Shown here piece after piece: positions 60,732 to 64,000 of a stretch of 64,000 nt of DNA. Within the stretch, counting starts at the first letter, position 1. Each line of letters opens with the position of its first letter. Source of the stretch: an uncultured Nitrospiraceae bacterium. Lineage in GTDB: Bacteria; Nitrospirota; Nitrospiria; Nitrospirales; Nitrospiraceae. Both the position numbers and the translations under genes were made by a program. The notes under the pieces are model-generated. The model made no database searches and had not been told where the DNA came from. It worked only from the letters and a program-made list of their open reading frames with translations. The DNA is taken from NCBI GenBank assembly GCA_963730935.1, contig CAVSTP010000003.1, positions 416,001-480,000 on the forward strand, in the 5' to 3' direction.

Positions 60732-61157
60732 ATGGCGAAGGAAGTCTCGGCTCAGATCAAGTTACAGATTCCGGCAGGAAAGGCGAACCCGGCTCCTCCG
60801 GTCGGCCCTTCCTTGGGTCAGCACGGCGTGAACATCATGGAATTTTGCAAGCAGTTCAACGCCAAGACCCAAAAGGAAGGGGACAGCATCATCCCGGTCA
60901 TCATCACCGTCTATAAAGACCGGTCGTTCACCTTCATCATGAAAACGCCACCGGCCTCCGATCTGCTCAAGAAAGCGGCCGGTATCATCAAGGGATCCGG
61001 CGTGCCACAGAAGGACAAGGTCGGAAAGATCACGCGCAAGCAGTTGACGGAAATTGCACAAAAGAAGATGGCCGATTTGAACGCCGCCGATCTCGAGGGC
61101 GCCGTCAAGATCATCGAAGGGACCGCCCGCAGCATGGGAGTCGTGGTTCAGGGGTAA
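60732..61157 (+). CDS. rplK: 50S ribosomal protein L11
   Basis: [24 protein letters not shown]. Confidence 0.99.
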   Translation: MAKEVSAQIKLQIPAGKANPAPPVGPSLGQHGVNIMEFCKQFNAKTQKEGDSIIPVIITVYKDRSFTFIMKTPPASDLLKKAAGIIKGSGVPQKDKVGKITRKQLTEIAQKKMADLNAADLEGAVKIIEGTARSMGVVVQG

Positions 61158-61180
61158 CGACAACGCAAGGAGTATTTGTA

Positions 61181-61873
61181 ATGGGCAAGAAAATGAAGGC
61201 CGCGCTGACGAAGATGGAACCGCGTCCGTACGCGCTCCGAGATGCCGTCGCGCTGGTCAAAACTTCAGCATACGCGAAATTCGATGAGTCCGTCGATCTG
61301 GCGATCCGACTGGGTGTGGATCCAAAGCGTTCGGATCAAATGGTGCGCGGGACGACGTCTCTTCCTCATGGCACCGGCAAGAAGGTACGGGTGATCGTCT
61401 TCGCGAAGGGGGAAAAGGAACAGGAAGCGCGCCAGGCCGGAGCGGATTTCGTCGGCGCCGATGATCTCATGGAGAAGATCAAGGGCGGCTGGATGGATTT
61501 CGATTATGCGATCGCTACGCCGGATTTGATGGCCTCGGTCGGCAAGCTCGGCAAGCAATTGGGTCCTCGCGGTCTCATGCCGAATCCGAAAACCGGGACT
61601 GTGACCTTTGAGGTCGGCAAAGCCGTCGCCGAGATCCGAAAAGGCCGGGTCGAGTACAAGGTGGAAAAGGCCGGCATTGTGCAAGTGCCGGTCGGCAAGG
61701 TGTCGTTCCAGCCGGATCAACTCTACGACAACGCGTCTGCGGTCTTAGAGGCTGTGGTGAAGGCCAAGCCCGCCTCGTGCAAGGGGCGTTATCTCAAGAG
61801 CGTCACCATTTCCAGCACGATGGGGCCAGGAGTGAAATTGGACGCGGTGGCCCTGGCGAAGCAGTGGAGCTAG
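61181..61873 (+). CDS. rplA: 50S ribosomal protein L1
   Basis: [36 protein letters not shown]. Confidence 0.99.
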   Translation: MGKKMKAALTKMEPRPYALRDAVALVKTSAYAKFDESVDLAIRLGVDPKRSDQMVRGTTSLPHGTGKKVRVIVFAKGEKEQEARQAGADFVGADDLMEKIKGGWMDFDYAIATPDLMASVGKLGKQLGPRGLMPNPKTGTVTFEVGKAVAEIRKGRVEYKVEKAGIVQVPVGKVSFQPDQLYDNASAVLEAVVKAKPASCKGRYLKSVTISSTMGPGVKLDAVALAKQWS

Positions 61874-61908
61874 GCGTCGAGCCCGCGGTCTAGACAAGAG
61901 GGGATGAG

Positions 61909-62844
61909 ATGAAGAAGGAAGAGAAAGCCACAGCGGTTGCGGAACTGACGGAAAAGTTCGGTCGTGCGCGATTGGCCATCGTCACCGAATGTGTGGGCCT
62001 CCCGGTCAACCACGTCACGGAACTGCGCAAGCAGCTACGAGGAGCCAAGGCCGAATACAAGGTCGTCAAGAATACACTGGCGATCCGAGCGGCCGAGGGC
62101 ACGACCGTGGCCGAGTTGAAGGCATATCTGAAAGGGCCCACGGGCGTCGTCATCGGGTACGACGATCCGGTGTTGCCGACCAAGATCCTCAAGGACTTCA
62201 TCGCCGCCGAAAAGCGCGAAGAAAAGATTCGGATCATGCTCGGGGTCCTCGAGGGCAAGGTCCTACAGCCGGCGGAATTGGCGGCCGTCGCCAAGCTTCC
62301 CAAGAAGGAAGTGTTGATCTCGATGCTGTTGTCGGCGATGCAGGGGCCGATTCGCGGCGTCGTCTATACCTTGAACGCGGTGTTGACAAAGTTTGTGAGA
62401 GTCATTGCAGCCATTCAGGATAAACGGAAAGGAGAAGGGGACATGTCAGCTACAGCTACGAAGTTGTCACAGGAGGAGTTAATCAAGGCCATTGAGAGCA
62501 TGAGCGTGCTGGATTTGGCCGAGTTGGTGAAGGGGTTGGAGAGCCGTTTCGGAGTTACGGCCGCCGCTCCCGTCGCCATGGCGGCGGCGCCTGCCGCCGG
62601 TGGAGCCGCTGCTGCTCCGGCCGAAGAGAAGACGGCATTCGACGTCATTCTCGCCTCTGCCCCGGCCGACAAGAAGATTCAGGTCATTAAGGTGGTTCGT
62701 GAACTCACGAGCCTCGGACTCAAGGAAGCCAAAGATCTGGTCGAGGGCGCTCCGAAGCCCGTCAAGACGGGCGCGACCAAGGAAGAGTCCGATGCCATGA
62801 AGAAGAAGCTCGAAGAGAGCGGCGCAAAGGTCGAGATTAAGTAA
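61909..62844 (+). CDS. rplJ: 50S ribosomal protein L10, fused in frame to L7/L12 (L10 part 61909-62442)
   Basis: L10 motifs (ELRKQLR, VVKNTLA, LKGPT, LPKKEVL) continue without a stop into L12. Confidence 0.93.
   Translation: MKKEEKATAVAELTEKFGRARLAIVTECVGLPVNHVTELRKQLRGAKAEYKVVKNTLAIRAAEGTTVAELKAYLKGPTGVVIGYDDPVLPTKILKDFIAAEKREEKIRIMLGVLEGKVLQPAELAAVAKLPKKEVLISMLLSAMQGPIRGVVYTLNAVLTKFVRVIAAIQDKRKGEGDMSATATKLSQEELIKAIESMSVLDLAELVKGLESRFGVTAAAPVAMAAAPAAGGAAAAPAEEKTAFDVILASAPADKKIQVIKVVRELTSLGLKEAKDLVEGAPKPVKTGATKEESDAMKKKLEESGAKVEIK
62443..62844 (+). CDS. rplL: 50S ribosomal protein L7/L12 (internal start)
   Basis: AAAGGAGAAGGGG precedes ATG 62443. [43 protein letters not shown]. Confidence 0.93.
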   Translation: MSATATKLSQEELIKAIESMSVLDLAELVKGLESRFGVTAAAPVAMAAAPAAGGAAAAPAEEKTAFDVILASAPADKKIQVIKVVRELTSLGLKEAKDLVEGAPKPVKTGATKEESDAMKKKLEESGAKVEIK

Positions 62845-62867
62845 GCTCGGTCCCGTTCAGCATCTGC

Positions 62868-62892
62868 GGGCACCCGTGACGAACGGGTGCCC
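62868..62892 (+). other. GC-rich hairpin between rplL and rpoB (attenuator or processing site candidate)
   Basis: GGGCACCCGT-gacga-ACGGGTGCCC, a 10-bp stem with no U tract. Confidence 0.55.
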
Positions 62893-62924
62893 AAGCCCAA
62901 CCATATGTAGTGGAGGACTGCGGA

Positions 62925-64000
62925 ATGCCCGAAACGACTCTACAAGAGTTCGTCGAACGGAAGGATTTTTCCCGTATTCGGACCAGCATTGATATTCCGG
63001 ATCTCATCGAGATCCAGAAGCGTTCCTACGAGGAATTCCTCCAGTTCGAAGTCGAGCCGGAACGACGAAAAGATCACGGATTGCAGGCGGCCTTGGCCAG
63101 CGTGTTTCCGATTCCCGATTACAACAATACGGCGATTCTCGAATTCACGAGCTACACGCTTGGAACGCCCAAGTACGACGAGCGTGAATGCCTCGAGCAA
63201 GGTATGACCTTCGCCGTGCCGCTCAAGTTGCGCGTGCGGCTCGTGGTCTTCGACAAGGAAGACAAGGGCCCGAAGAAAAAGGTGCTCGACGTGCGCGAGC
63301 AGGAGGTCTATGTCGGCGAACTGCCCCTGATGACCGAACGCGGCACGTTCATCGTCAACGGAACCGAGCGCGTCGTGGTGAGTCAGTTGCACCGGTCGCC
63401 CGGCGCCTCCTTCACGCACGACAAAGGCCGCACCCATGCCAGCGGCAAGGTGCTGTACAGCGCCCGCATCATTCCGTACCGCGGGTCATGGCTGGATTTC
63501 GAGTTTGATGCGCGCGACATCCTGTACGTCCGCATCGACCGCCGGCGAAAGATGCCTGTGACTATTCTGCTCAAGGCCTTCGGATTTTCGAGCGACGACC
63601 TGCTGAAAATGTACTACCCAGTTGAGGAGATCCGGGTGGTCAAGGGCAAGCTGTTGCGCAAGCTGGATCCCGAGATCCATCAGGGGATGCGGGCTTCGAC
63701 GGAAGTTGTGGACAAGAGCGGCAAAGAACCGCTCGTGCGGGAAGGCGCCAAGCTGACGAAGGGCATTATCGCCAAACTCAAGGCGGCGGGGGTCAAAGAG
63801 ATTCCTGTGGCGCCCAGCGAGTTGGTCGGACGAGCGGTGTTGAGCGAAGTGGTCGATGCCAAGAAGAACAAGTTGGTGGAGAAAAATCAACGCCTGACCG
63901 CCGAGATGATCGAAAAGATCCTTGAAAGCGAAATCGAAGAATTCAAAGTCATCTTCTTTGACGGGGCAACTTCGACGCCTGTCATTCTCGACACGCTCGA
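62925..64000 (+). CDS. rpoB: RNA polymerase beta subunit (5' part)
   Basis: RBS GGAGG. PDLIEIQKRSY, GELPLMTERGTFIVNGTERVVVSQLHRSPG, IIPYRGSWL. Confidence 0.98.
   Translation, partial: MPETTLQEFVERKDFSRIRTSIDIPDLIEIQKRSYEEFLQFEVEPERRKDHGLQAALASVFPIPDYNNTAILEFTSYTLGTPKYDERECLEQGMTFAVPLKLRVRLVVFDKEDKGPKKKVLDVREQEVYVGELPLMTERGTFIVNGTERVVVSQLHRSPGASFTHDKGRTHASGKVLYSARIIPYRGSWLDFEFDARDILYVRIDRRRKMPVTILLKAFGFSSDDLLKMYYPVEEIRVVKGKLLRKLDPEIHQGMRASTEVVDKSGKEPLVREGAKLTKGIIAKLKAAGVKEIPVAPSELVGRAVLSEVVDAKKNKLVEKNQRLTAEMIEKILESEIEEFKVIFFDGATSTPVILDTL

Noticed and set aside
62383..62412. Internal promoter for rplL within rplJ (TTGACA)
   Set aside because: No credible -10 at 16-18 nt spacing.

Overview
Bacterial chromosome window, probably Nitrospira-like (inferred from gene content and protein style, not verified). 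1-26.5 kb is accessory and devoted to surface and signalling functions. It holds a partial PilZ gene, three paralogous lipoproteins built only of Ig-like (He_PIG-type) repeats, a frameshifted lipoprotein/beta-barrel gene and a type I secretion operon with no substrate in view. It also holds an acyl-ACP-reductase-like gene coupled to a 7TM-GAF histidine kinase opposite a FadL channel, and an ExeA-like ATPase fused to a heme c domain. 26.5-35 kb is core-like: malQ, a kinase with a sigma-54 regulator, an Lrp ligand-binding domain and a probably inactive PD-(D/E)XK protein. 35.2-40.6 kb is a decayed island at tRNA-Arg(CCT), with a DUF6502/DUF5666 pair under a palindromic operator, an integrase relic and a fourth Ig-repeat lipoprotein. 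40.7-64 kb is core: Gld-like ABC system, rlpA, HEAT proteins, glgP, a UvrD-family helicase, tRNA-Tyr/Gly/Thr, tuf, rpmG, tRNA-Trp, secE, nusG, rplK, rplA, an in-frame rplJ-rplL fusion and the start of rpoB. Best candidates for undescribed systems: the reductase/kinase/FadL lipid-signal module, the module-shuffling Ig-lipoprotein family, the L10-L12 fusion and the ExeA-heme sensor. All family assignments come from recognising motifs by eye; no database search was run.
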